Below, piece after piece: positions 32,939 through 44,854 of a stretch of DNA of 64,000 nt. Location: positions 124,001-188,000 of the forward strand of contig CBFFRQ010000039.1 in the NCBI GenBank assembly GCA_965644315.1, in the 5' to 3' direction. The stretch is from Caecitellus pseudoparvulus (Eukaryota > Protista > Bigyra: Bicosoecida). The notes under the pieces are model-generated. The model did not search any database, was not told where the DNA came from, and saw only the letters and a list, made by a program, of their open reading frames with translations. A program made the translations under genes and the position numbers. The stretch's first letter is position 1. Each line of letters begins with the position of its first letter.

Positions 32939-35789
32939 ATGGCGGGCGAGTTCGAGGCTGAAGCCATGCACATTGGCGGGGACTGGATGGCAGCCATTGA
33001 TCCCTCCAGCGGTGCCACGTACTACGTCAATGAAGTGGAGGGTGTGACGCAATGGGACTGGCCTGAAGCTGACCTGTGAGTCACAAGCCCACGTGCTCCG
33101 TTGCAACACCACTGCCGCGCAGCGGTGCGCGAGACTGCCGCATTGGACAATCACTGGGAATTGCACATGGTGATGCATCTGTCCCCTTTCCCTGATTTGC
33201 ACCCCGCTTTCGCGCTGCTGCAGAGGTCCAGAGCCGGAAGGTGGCGTGGTGTTTTCAGAGGCGCACGATGGAATGGGAGCAGCTGCTCACGAGTCCCCCT
33301 GGATCGACGCCCAAGACCCATCCAGTGGAGTGACGTACTACATCAACACGGAGACACAAGAGACCACGTGGGAGATGCCTGAAGGTTTCGACCCAGCCGC
33401 AGCGGCAGCACTGCGAGCCCAGATTGAAGCAGAAGAAGCGGCTGAAGCAGCAGCACAGGAAGGAGGGCTGGGAAAGCCTCATGAGGGGGCTCCTCAAGTG
33501 GTGCCAGCACCTGATGGTGAAGTGCATGCACCGGGAGGTGGGGCAGGCCAAGTTGAGGAGGAGCCAGCATCCACTGTTGGGCGAGGCCTCGACAGCGCAA
33601 GCGACGGGGCCGTGCCAGGGGACGAGCAAGTGCCCAGTGGATCTGTGCCGGAAGTACCTGCTTCATCAAGTGCACCATCAAGTGTTCCGCTTCATGGCGC
33701 GCTTGGAACCGCCCAGGTGCAAGGTGAAGGCTCAGACGCGGTGGCAGCTGAGCCAGTGGACGCAATTGGGGAAACGCCAGCGCCCATTGTTCCGCCACCC
33801 AAGCCACCCAAGCCTCCGATCCCCCAGCAACTAAGTCCTGTTTTGAAGGGTGAAGCGGTGCCTCCCAGCCCCACCAAGGCCAGCGCACCCAGGCCACCGC
33901 TGAAGCAAGTTGCGGTCCCATCGTCCGGCAAGCCAGCTACGGATACAAAGCCACAACCCCCTTCTGGTAGTGCCCCGTTTCCTGCCGGGGCAAGGCCAAT
34001 GGCTGTCGGAGTGCGGCACAAGTGGGTACGGGCGCTTTCGCACATCAAGGCCAAGGCGCGGAAGAGCATCTCGGCAGGGGCAGAGAAAGCTGAGAAGTTT
34101 GCCAAGCTCCGTTCCTTTGCAAAGCTAGCAGAGAAAAAGAAAATTGAAGCTGCGGCTGCCCTTGCGGCTGGCAAGGCTGGTGCTGATGGTGCAGCGTCTT
34201 CCGAGCCAGACGAAACCATCTTAAAGTTCACTGAGCTCAGCGAGGAAGACGCCGCTTCACTGGCAACCAAGACCATGACAGAGTACGGGGAAGCGTACTT
34301 TAACCGGAACCGCAAGGGTATCTTTGGCTCTGCAACCACTGTATCCAAGATGCTGGCGTGGAAGAACTCGAACATTCGCACGGCGCTGAAGAAGATGCCC
34401 ACGAAGGACATGGAAAGCGCCGCTACGCAGTGCTTCAGAAACATCACCGGGTACATGGGCGACCGAAGCAGTCGAAAGGATGACGGAGGGCACGCGGAGA
34501 AGGTAATAAAGACGTGCTTGAGCAGCAGCGAAGAGATCCGGGACGAAGTGTACTGCCAGCTGGCGAAGCAGACCAACCAGAACCCTGACCAGGACTCGCG
34601 CCGGAAGGGGTGGCAGCTGATCTGCATCTGTGCAGGATGCTTCTCTCCCTCCACGACGCTGTTGCCACACTTTGTGCACTATTGCAAGACCGCGTACGAC
34701 GATCCCACCTGCGGCACCCTCGCTCAGCGTGCTGTCAGGGCGCTGCTGAAGTCCAGCAAGCTGGGCCCACGCCGCGAAACACCACTGCCCATGGAGTTGA
34801 ATGCCATGGCAGCCCTGAACCCCGTCTTGATGAGGGTGTACCACATGGATGGCACGTACGAGGTTCTTCCGGTGTGCAGCTGGACTACTGCGGGGGATCT
34901 GAATCGCATGATGGCCTTTCAGCTGAAGCTCACTGACGCCTCAGCTTTCTCCGTGTACGAGATGACCCCTGAATATGAGGAACGCTTTCTGGAGGCTGAC
35001 GAGCGGGTGCTGGACCTTGTCGCATACTGGCAGCGCCTACACGACGAAGAGAAAGGCGCTGCTAAGGCCAAGGCGCTCAACGCGCACCACACCTTCCGCC
35101 TCGTGTATAAAGTCAGGTACTACTTTGACCCTGCCGTGGACGATGCCGCTGCTATGGATGAGTTCTACCGGCAGACCGTGTACGACATTGTTCGCATGCG
35201 GTACCCCTCGAATCTCGAGAAGTGCAAGGCTTTGGCTGCACTGCAGCTGGTTGTTGAGTACGGCCCAAAGGAGGCGTGCTCCCAGCCGCCGGACATTGAC
35301 TCAGGCTGCAAGACTGCTCTGCAGCGCTTCCTACCCAACGAACACTTTGAGGAGCTGAAGAAGGCTGGGCGGGCCACCCTTGGACAGGAGCTGTCCGTCG
35401 CATGGGCTGGGCACGGCAGCAAGACGAAAGCCGAGGCCATCCACGAGTACCTGTCAGAGGTGCGGTCCTGGGAGGTATGGGGGTCCAACTTCTACTTCGT
35501 GGAGCCGCAAAACAGCACTGAGCTGCCTGTATCCGTCTTCCTAGCTGTGAACCCGACCGGCCTCCTGTTCATTGACTACACCACGAAAGAGACTGTGAAG
35601 AAGTTCCCATACTCTGAGGTGCCAACTTGGGGGCACTCTGGCACAGCGATTGTGCTTCATGTGGGTTCCCTCTCGGATGCAACAACAACGAAGATGTACT
35701 TCAAGACAGACTTCGGGAAAGAAATCAACAACCTCATCCAGGCGTACGTGCAGCGACTCTGCGACGGCTCCGCTGCCTTGGCGAGGTGA
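32939..35789 (+). CDS. WW-WW-proline-rich-MyTH4-FERM protein (no motor or GAP domain), 2 exons
   Basis: Intron 33076-33223 (GTGAGT..CAG, 148 nt). WW1 is WMAAIDPSSGATYYVNEVEGVTQWDWP and WW2 is WIDAQDPSSGVTYYINTETQETTWEMP. MyTH4 motifs YMGDR and IRDEVYCQLAKQT..KGWQL. FERM motifs ALAALQL and WEVWGSNFYFV..LAVNPTGL. Confidence 0.9.
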
Positions 35790-36129
35790 ACTCAAGATGC
35801 AGCCCAGTCTCGCGACACGTCCCGGCCCTGGGCCGCTGAATGCACTCCAGTTCTCATTCTCTTGTCAGGGCCACAGACTACGCTGCTTGATGCAGTTGTG
35901 GAACTTGCATTGAGGGGGGTCCCGACTCCGCTGCACCCACACTCGCCCCACGACCAAGCGGCCCACTTCAATTTACCTCACGCGTACTCACTGTTACGTT
36001 CCAAGTGCCCGGTTCCGCTCTCTTTCAGCGCAGCAAGCCTCGCTGCTACGCAAGGGTCGGCGCTGGCGCAAGGTTGCGCCGTCGCAGCAGTCGCCTCACG
36101 ATTGCCTGCAAGCAACCCCCGACCTTAGC

Positions 36130-39100
36130 ATGGCTGAAGGCAGCGTATCCATTGAACCTGTGCTGGATGGAGGCCAGGCCAATACCTTCGCCATGGTGTA
36201 CGCCGCTGGAGGTGTGCCGTTCACCCTCTTGGCCCTCGCGGCTGCGGCGGTGCTGTGGAACGTCCCTCACTGCCGGCTACAGTTCCTCCCTCATGCCGCC
36301 ATCCGGTGGACCAAGTCTCTGCCAGGCTGTTTTTGCCTGAATTTCCTTGTCCACCTGCTCAACACGTTGACAGTGGCCGTACTGGCTGGTTGGTGAGTGA
36401 CTGGCTCTGGGCGACGCACACCTGTTGGCTTGTCATGCTGCCTGTGGCATCGGCCTCATGCCGACCGGAAGGCCAGTGGGAGATGAAACGTGTCATTCCA
36501 TGCGTTTATCCTTGAGCTGAAGCTCGGGAACTGATCCGCAATTAGGAGTGGGCTGGAGTTGTGAAGTGGGCGTTTCCACGTCGCAGCGATGCACTACCGT
36601 TGCACGGCTGCACCCCCTTTCAACCTTCCACAGGGTCATTGCAGTGCTGGTTCTCGTTAAACCTGCTTTTGTTGGAGTAGCACTGGCTTTCCTCATCCCG
36701 GCAGCCCTGTTGCTTGTCTGGGGCTTCCTGCAGTGGCGTGCAGCAGCCTGGCGCCCGCTGGGTTGCGCCACTGGCGTACGAGCAGCGCGCCGGCTGGCAG
36801 AGCGTGAGGGCGAAGACCTACCCCCCCACCCGTCCACTTGTTGCCTTCCGTGTGCGGAGGTTTCGTCCTTGTCCCCCTATGTGCTTGCTGCCGTGCTGCT
36901 GGTGTCTGGGTATGAGTTGGCGGCGGTAGGCACGGGCAACGCCACCCGCTCGTCCACCGGCGAGCTGACGTTCGTGCACTCCTTCCTGGCGACGTCTTGG
37001 GTGTTCCTGGGCCTCAACGCCCTCATTTGGTGTGTGCTGGTGTTCGTGCTCACGGAACCGGATGAGCCCTTTTCCGTGGCAGGCATGCTGCGCCTGTTCC
37101 TCAAGGCACATGGTATGGACGTGCCCGCTGCTCTGACCGCCATGGACAAAGCCCATGTCCTGACCAAGGACGCGGCAACCCTCCTGGACTCAGAGGATAC
37201 CCCCTTGGATGTCGCCCTTCGCTCTGCCTCCGCCTCCCCCTCCACCTCGTTCAATGCCCTGTACGAGGCTTGCACCGACCCCGCCACAGGCAGCTTGGCC
37301 CTGCCGCGTGGCATCCGCACGCCCTCACGGCAGCACCGAGAACTGGTCACCATTCAACTGTACATTGCTTCTCTAGTTGTTCTGGTGGCATACATCGGCA
37401 CCAACTTTCTCGCCGGTGGCGGGACGGCAGAGTCGGGCACGTACGTCGCGGTCGCCCTGGTCGGTACCATGCTGCTGGTGGACTGTGTCGTCTGGGCGGC
37501 CTATGCAGGTGGCACCTTGACCACGTCAGGCGCGACCAGCCTCCTGGTGGCCTTGTCGCGAGGTGTCGCCATTGCCTTTGGCGTGCGTTTCTGGCTAATT
37601 GGCATCATGGCCACGTACCTCCTCGTCGGCGTTTTCCTCGCTGAAATGCTGGTCCTGCGCGCATTCCCGAGTCTGCGAGAGTGGCAAGCGACTGGAGGCT
37701 GCCAGGGACGCCCTGCTACATTGAAGCCTGCGCCACTGGAGGGGCCCCCTGGCGGGGAAGCAGCCGCTGAGGCGGGAGATTCCGTGGCCGGTGGTGGTCA
37801 GCAAGGCGCGGATCGTGGTGATCGGGAGCAAAGCACGTGCCTGTCCTATGTGACACATCCTGGAACTCTGCTGCTCGCCGTGTCTGCTGCATTCGCCGCG
37901 TTAGTGGGTGGACTGGCAGTTGCCTCCGAGTCCGATCTGACGCTGCCAACTGACAGAGTGACGCTTGTCGACAGCTCTCGAGCACACCCGCAGTGGCAGT
38001 TCGGCCTGGCCGCCATTGGGTTTGTGGCTGTGTTCACGCCCCTGCGCATGGCGTTTCTGTTCTACGATGCTGACTCGTGGGACTTCAAGGGCGTGGGCTG
38101 GTACAGCGCTGCTCTCTCCTGCACCGCCTCTGCAGCTGTCGGCGTTGGCCTGTGGCGCATCACCGACTCATTCATTCTCCTAGGCTTCTGTGCCTTTGCC
38201 CCGATTGCGGTCTTTGGTCTGGCGGGGCTGTGGGGCCAGTTCCAGCGCGATGACTTTGACGTCTGGCTGCCAGGCGGCATTGGCTGCGTCCGAACCTGCG
38301 CCTGCTGCTACACCAAGTATCAGCAAGACCACGAGCAAAAGGTCATGATCCACGACATGCAGGTGGCTTTTTCAGCCCGTGGTATTCAGGTGCAAGATGA
38401 CGTCACTCCCCGCTCACGACCACCCGAGGCCCCGCGCTCCTTTGAGGAACGTGACGATAGTGAGCTTGTGGAGGACACTGGTGTAGACGATGGCGAGGGC
38501 GGCGCCGACGAACGCACGCTCGCAGGGGCAGCAAGCGATTCCGACGACTCTGACTCTGACATGGAGGTGTTCGTTGAGGAGCCAGTGGAGAGCGGCCTGC
38601 TGCCGGCGCAGCGCACCTCCACTGCAACCCCCAGCACCACCATCGCACAGTGGCACGCAGAGATGACCCGAGAAGGGAGCGACTTCCCCCAAACTGCGCC
38701 TCTCCTCCCCGGTGTCAACGACACAGGCAAAATTTGGGCCAGCACGCTGCTCGCTGTGCACTATCCCTGCCCTGGCGTTCCCTGTTGCCGCCCACATGCT
38801 GCCGGCTGCACGTGCGCACCAGAGTGGAATGGCAACCAGTGGCGCAACAACTACGTCATGTTGGCGTTCAGTCTCATCGTGGGTGCTTTTGCGGGGTTCG
38901 GGTATGTCATGTCGCTCGGCTTGACGCTGTCGTGGGTGGGTTGGTTCGTTGCTGGGGAGGCCTTTGCGTTGGTCATGATGGGCCTGGCAGTGTACGCATA
39001 CATCCGAACTGCTGCGTTCAACTGGTTTCACTGGGACTTCATGGTGCTTGGTGTCGGCGTGCACATCCTGGAACACGTGTACGCCTTCCTGCGACTTGGC

Positions 39101-42100
39101 TCCAGCTCGGTGACGAACATTTCCGGCTACGGGGTGCTGTTGTCGGCGGTTCTGGTACCGTTTTTATTCCTGCTTGCGGCAGCTTTCTTTTCCGCAGCAG
39201 AGACCAACTTTGCAGACCCCAGCAACTTCTCCAAGGCTGTTTTCGTCTTTGTAAACCTGCTGGTCGTTGCCATGGCAGTGGCGGGCGTGGTGGTGGCGGG
39301 CCAGCCAACGGCAGTGGGAGCGGCCCTTGCCGTGTACCTCGTGTTCTTGGTTGCGCTGGTGTTCTACATGCGCTTCAAGTCCAATGGCGATCACATGCCA
39401 CGCAGATGGGCTATGGCCGGCAATGCCCTTCTGTGCTGCGTGCTGGTGGCCGGCATTGCTCTGACTGTCGTCAGTGTCGTGGTGTGGGACAGCAAGGCAG
39501 CTGCCATGGCGTGGTTCTCGGCCACCTTCCTCACCATGACCATCGTTGGCCTGGTGGTGTCTCTTTCTACATTCCAGCGTCACAGGGTGTTCATGGCGGA
39601 CGTCGCCGGATCGGGCACCTCGCTCAGCATCCAGCACGCTGACACGTTCCTGGGCGCCGGCGCCGCCCTCCTCCCTTCCACCACTGCCTTCCCCTTGCTT
39701 GTGTCCTCCTCTGCCTCTGGCAGTGCATCCAAGCTGCATGCGAGCGGGAATATGGCTGGGTACATTTTCCTGGCGTCAGTGACAGGCATCGCCGCTTGGG
39801 CCATGGGCCTGACGGTGTTTCTGTCCCCCATCTACGTCGGGCTCATCCTCCTGGTCATCACCAAGGTGTTCTCGATCATGTTCCTGCTGGACATTGTGCG
39901 CCGGCATCAGGCGCGCGTCAGGTCTGCCCTGCAGCACCTCGTCTCGGCTCGCGTGTCACGACTGGCTGGCGGCAAGAGCGCGTACACCACGCCCACTCTG
40001 CAAGATGCTTCAGATGACGCAGCCGCCGTGCAGCAGTCCCTGGCACTGCACATTCCGACTCCCCAGGAGGGCGGTGAAGACAGGACACTTGGTGCCGTTC
40101 ACGCTGCCCTGCTCAAGGCTGTAGCAGCAGCTTCGGCCAGCACCGATGCAGGCGTCTCGACAGTGTTGGCAGGCGACGTGGCTGCGCTGCTGTCCCCCCG
40201 TCGCGGAGGCACAGCCTGGGAGGACCCGGAGGCCGGTCCAGATGCCGCCACTCGCAACTTCGTCTGGCTGCTGGGCGTTGCGGCTGAGGTGGAAAGTGCT
40301 GGGGCACGCGCTGCACTGCTGGAGCGCAAGGTGCAAGCCGCCCTGCAGGCCCTGTCCTACGGCGCCCTGTGCTGCGCATGCTGCTGTTCTGGCCGCAGCC
40401 GGAACACGATTGCGCCGCATGCAGCTGCGCCTGCTTCTGCCGGGTCCTGGACAACCTCTACTGCCGCCGCCACAGCCCCGGAAGGGGAGCCCACTGCAGT
40501 GGTGCCCGAGAAGAAGGGTGAACGAGCACAATCCCCAGGTGCACCTGCCACAGATGCAGCTGGGCCCGCACCAGGGAGCAGCGAGGACGAGTCCACCGGC
40601 ACAGCGTATGCCGACTCCCAAGCCGGCCTGCGTGCGCTGTATGTGGCGCAGCTGGAGACTGAGCGGCGGGCGTCGGGGGCACAGCGGCAGTGGCATCATG
40701 TGGAGGCGCACGTTGCCCATGTTCTGTTCACTGAGGGCGTCTCCGCCGCGAAGCGACAGACGCGGGATTGGCGCGCAGTGTTGGAGTGGGTGTCGCGAGC
40801 AGACCTGGCCCACCTCACGCCCCACGTGCAGCATGGGGCCACCATCGCCACATTGCGTGCGACATGGATCGACTTGACAGGCATTCGGCCCGACTACCAC
40901 AGTCAGCCCATGACGCTCACTGCCATGTCTCGACAGGACACCCAGAAAGCCTTTGACGCCATCACATCCCACCCGACCCCCGTACCCCCCGTCGCGGCAG
41001 TCACGCTGCAGCGCCTGTCAGCTTTCCTCAGTGCGAGCCTGGGCGCCGCTGGCCAGGCCATGGCAGACGACGCAGCTGAGCTGCAGCGAGCGTACCTTCG
41101 TCAGAACGCACAGACAGAAGCCACGGCTCAGGCCCGTTCTGCTGCTGCGTTGCAGGCTGCTGCCGGGCGAGTGGGAGCGGGAAGGGGCCAAACCCCCTCC
41201 ACACCGCGCCGGCCAGTGGAGGCCAAGCCCGTCGGCGGATGGGCTGTGGCGGACAGTGTCGTGCCTGCGCCGCAGGGTGACGAGCAGCCTGCCCCCGGCT
41301 GGCTGTGGGGCGGTGGGGATGACGCAGAGGCAGACGAGCCGACCCCCTCAGCCGGAGATAAACCAGGGCCAGTGCCGGGTGCAGCTGCGTCGCCCCCTCC
41401 AGCAGCTGCTGCGGGGGCCGGAGCTGGGGGGTGGACAGCGTCACCCGAGGGAGCCGACACTGACTTCATAGACTATGCTGCCATCCGTGGAGATGGGAGC
41501 GAGGCGGTGGATGAAGAGGCCCTGGCACTGGTCATGGCGCAGCTGCGGGAGATCGAGGCGGCCTTCAAGGAGACGGGCGAGGCGTGGACTGACCCAGACT
41601 TCGGCGGGCCTGACAGCCTTGGGCCCAACATCCGCACGACAGTGCAGAAGGAGTGGCTGCGGCCCGCCCAGTACTCCCCCTCCCCCACACTCTTTGAGGG
41701 CTCCTGCTCGCCAGAGGATGGGGAGCAGGGTGCACTGGGAGACTGCTACTTGCTGACGTCGGCAGCCATCGTCGCGCACGACCCCAACTCGCGCATTGAA
41801 GACATTCTGATCGCACCACGACCGCAGTTTGCTGGTGCAGGGGTATTCGTCGTGCGCCTCTTCAAGAACAGCAAGTGGACGCCGATCCTGGTGGATGACC
41901 GCTTGCCCTGCCGGGAAGGGTGTTTTTACCTTGCCAAGAAGCCTGCCAAGCTGTACGCGGGGAACCACTCCGACCCTGACCGCAAGGGCCGAACTCGGTA
42001 TGCCCTGCCGGCCTTTGCGCGCAGCCGGAGTCGGTGTGAGCTGTGGCCCAGCATCCTGGAGAAGGCGTATGCGAAGCACGCCGGCTCCTATTCAGCTATC

Positions 42101-43090
42101 GCCGGCGGGCTGGTGCACTCTGCCCTGGTTGACCTAACGGGTGGCTTTGGCGACTGGGTCAACATGAAAGACCCAGCTGTGGCACAAGACATTGAATCTG
42201 GCGCCCTGTGGAGCAACTTGTTGTCCTGGAGCAGCAGCGGCTTCCTGCTGGGCTGTGGCTCCAATGCCGGCTCGGACAACAAGACGTCCCCCCTCGGCAT
42301 CGTGCAAGGGCACGCGTACGCCATCATGGACTGCAAGGAATTCTCGGACTCTGCGGGGCAGCACCGCCTGCTGCAACTCGTGAACCCGTGGGCAAAGGGC
42401 GAGTGGAAGGGTGCGTGGAGTGACGTGGACACTGCCAGCTGGTCCAAGAAAGCCAAGCGCCTGCTGAACTACGACCCCGCCACCGCTGACGACGACGACG
42501 GCGAGTTCTGGATGTCGTTTGAGGACTTCGTGCGTGAATTCCGCAATGTGTACCTTGTGCGCCGGTTCGCGGCAGTGGGTGGCCCGCCGCGGGGAGTCAC
42601 CGAGGAACCCTGGTACAAGTACCAAGTTCGAGGGCGGTGGGAAGGGGAGGCAGCTGGCGGCTGCACCAACTTTGCCGACACGTGCTGGCGCAGCCCCCAG
42701 TTCCTGGTCAAGCCGTCGGCTCCCTCGGCCCTGTTCGTGTCACTTTCACAGTCTGTGCCCGCTGGAGCTGCGCCTGTGCCCATTGGGATGAAACTGCTGG
42801 ACAATGGCGAGAAACGGGCCAAATTCGTGTATGCTGGGGAGGTGGCGGCCCAAGCTGCCTATTCCCCGGTGCAAGAAGTAACTTTCGAAGCTTCCGTGGA
42901 GCCAGCGTCGGGGGGCAAGGCCTTCGTCCTGTTTGTGTCCACATTCAACCCAGGGGAGGAGCGAGACTTCACGTTGACCGTCTTCTCGCGCAAGCGCTTG
43001 GAGGGCACTGTGCCGGCTCAGGCGGGGTCTGGCAGCGCGGTGTTCGGTTCCCTGCAAGCACTGGACTCGAGCACCCCTCACAACGGGTAA
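36130..43090 (+). CDS. Large multi-pass membrane calpain (DEK1-like TML-CysPc-C2L architecture), 2 exons
   Basis: Intron 36393-36633 (GTGAGT..CAG, 241 nt). About 23 hydrophobic segments counted by eye, then a long linker. The catalytic domain has QGALGDCYLL (Cys), WPSILEKAYAK, GHAYAI (His), LVNPW (Asn) and DDGEFWMSFEDF, followed by calpain domain III (GRWEGEAAGGC..PQF..STFNPGEERDF). Confidence 0.92.
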
Positions 43091-43148
43091 AGGAAATGCA
43101 ATTCCGAAGTGCAAATTCCGTTCACGTGGCCCGTTGTCTGTGGGCAGG

Positions 43149-44679
43149 TCAACTACGGTCCGAAGTTGCGCTGGGAGGCCTGTCACAGAACAAGTCAGCT
43201 CCCTCCCATGTGTGCCGCATGATCGCGTCAGTACGTTCGTCTGCTAACTGCCGACGCCAGGCCCATTTGGCTGCTTGCTCAGGCGGCGCGTCCGCCAATT
43301 TCGCTTGCAGCGCGTGCCAGCCGTCGTCGTTCAAAGTGCCTCGGTTCGCCATTTCACGAATGCGGCGGGCCAAGTGCACAGCTCGGCAGCACTGGGCATC
43401 ACTCGCGGCTCGCACCGCCTGCACTGCCGCCTGAATCTCACAGCGGGACACGCGTTCTGCATCGGCGTCATTTATAGCACGCTGCAGTAATTGTCGAGCT
43501 GCACAGCCAGTCATCCCGCTGCCTCCGTCGCTGGGTGGGATGCAGCCGCAAAGGGATAGCATGTCACGCTGCACCTGAGCCATTAGGTGAGGTAAGGGGG
43601 GGTACTGCACTCCCAGAAGTGTAAGCCCCTTGGCAGGTGCCGTTTTGTACGGAATGGCGGCGCGTGAGGCGCCAGCAGCAAAGGCTTCCGCCACAGCCTC
43701 GGGTGTCGTGTGGCCCCGGCCGACCCACACAAGCAGCCCTGCGATGTTGCGCACCATGTTGTACAGGAAGGACGGGCCCGAGACCGTGATGTCCACGCGT
43801 GTGAGCTGCCCAGCCGCAGACAGGTGATCTCGTAGCGCATCCCTCACGATACTTGGATCACCTTCATCGTCGTGAAGCTGCAGCAACGGCGGCGTATATC
43901 CAGCTCTCCCTGCTTCAGTGGGTGGCGGCGGCGATGTGACCCGCATTTCCAAGCTCTCGATATCCTTGACTGGAGACAAGGACTGGCACCCTCTCGAACG
44001 CAGCACGGAACAGTCCTGTCTACCTCTCATGACCTGCAAAGCTCGTCTCATGGCGCCGGTGTCCAGCGGAGTGGGAAGGTGCCACGCAGTGTCGGCGTCA
44101 AGCAGTGGGCTCCCTGCACGTTGCACCCCGGGTACCGCAGGAAAATACATGCGGTAGTGGTACGCCTTGCGGATGCTGTCGAAACGAGCAGACAGGCCGT
44201 GGGGTACTGGGACTGCCTCGGACACCATGAGGGGCCAGCCTGCGTCGGCTGCGTGGGCGTTCAAGGCCGTGCATAGCGCCTTGGGCGCCATGGGAGGCAG
44301 GACATGACCAGCATGTCGATGTTGGCGCAGAAGATCAACGTGAAACGTCTGTATCATGGCAAGAAATCAGTGGCTCGGCAAATTAGAACTGTCGCCAGCG
44401 TTTCATGCGAAACGCACGTTCCCAATCGCATGCACTCCAGCATCGGTGCGTGAGCTTCCAGTCAAGTTTGCCACCTGGCCATAAGGGAACAACTTCTGAA
44501 AAAGCTGCTCAAGTGCACCAGCCACAGAAACAGCGCCTGGTCGTGCGTCCAGTTGCCTCTGTGTGGAGGTTCAGGATTCACTGGTTCTGCCCTGGGCAGA
44601 CGGTGCAAGCTGCGATACGCACCTGCCACCCGATGAAAGCAGATCCATGGTACTGCACCGTGCACAGGTACCTCTGCAT
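43149..44679 (-). CDS. truA: tRNA pseudouridine synthase, TruA family, 3 exons
   Basis: Exons 44679-44623, 44558-44418 and 44348-43149, with introns 44559-44622 (64 nt) and 44349-44417 (69 nt). The spliced protein reads MQRYLCTVQYHGSAFIGWQ|RQ..SSRTDAGVHAIGN|TFHVD, then SARFD..YHYR, SFLYNMVRNIAG and TAPAKGLTL. Confidence 0.93.
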
Positions 44680-44854
44680 CGTGCAACGACTCCTGTATTC
44701 GCACAACAACACGCATTGCGCTGCAAAACGGTACTCGTGAGGAAAACTTCATCGAATTCACCCGAGTTTGCATTTTTCACCGCAAAGTCTTCTGCTTCCT
44801 CGGCACCCTGCAGTCTTGGGCGTGAGTGTGCGAGTCTAGTCATGGTGTGGCATG

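Noticed and set aside
36500-36560. TPP riboswitch-like words (GCTGA..GAACTGAT) in the calpain intron
   Set aside because: It lacks CTGAGA and the conserved P4/P5 and terminal AGGGA elements, and the host gene is unrelated to thiamine.
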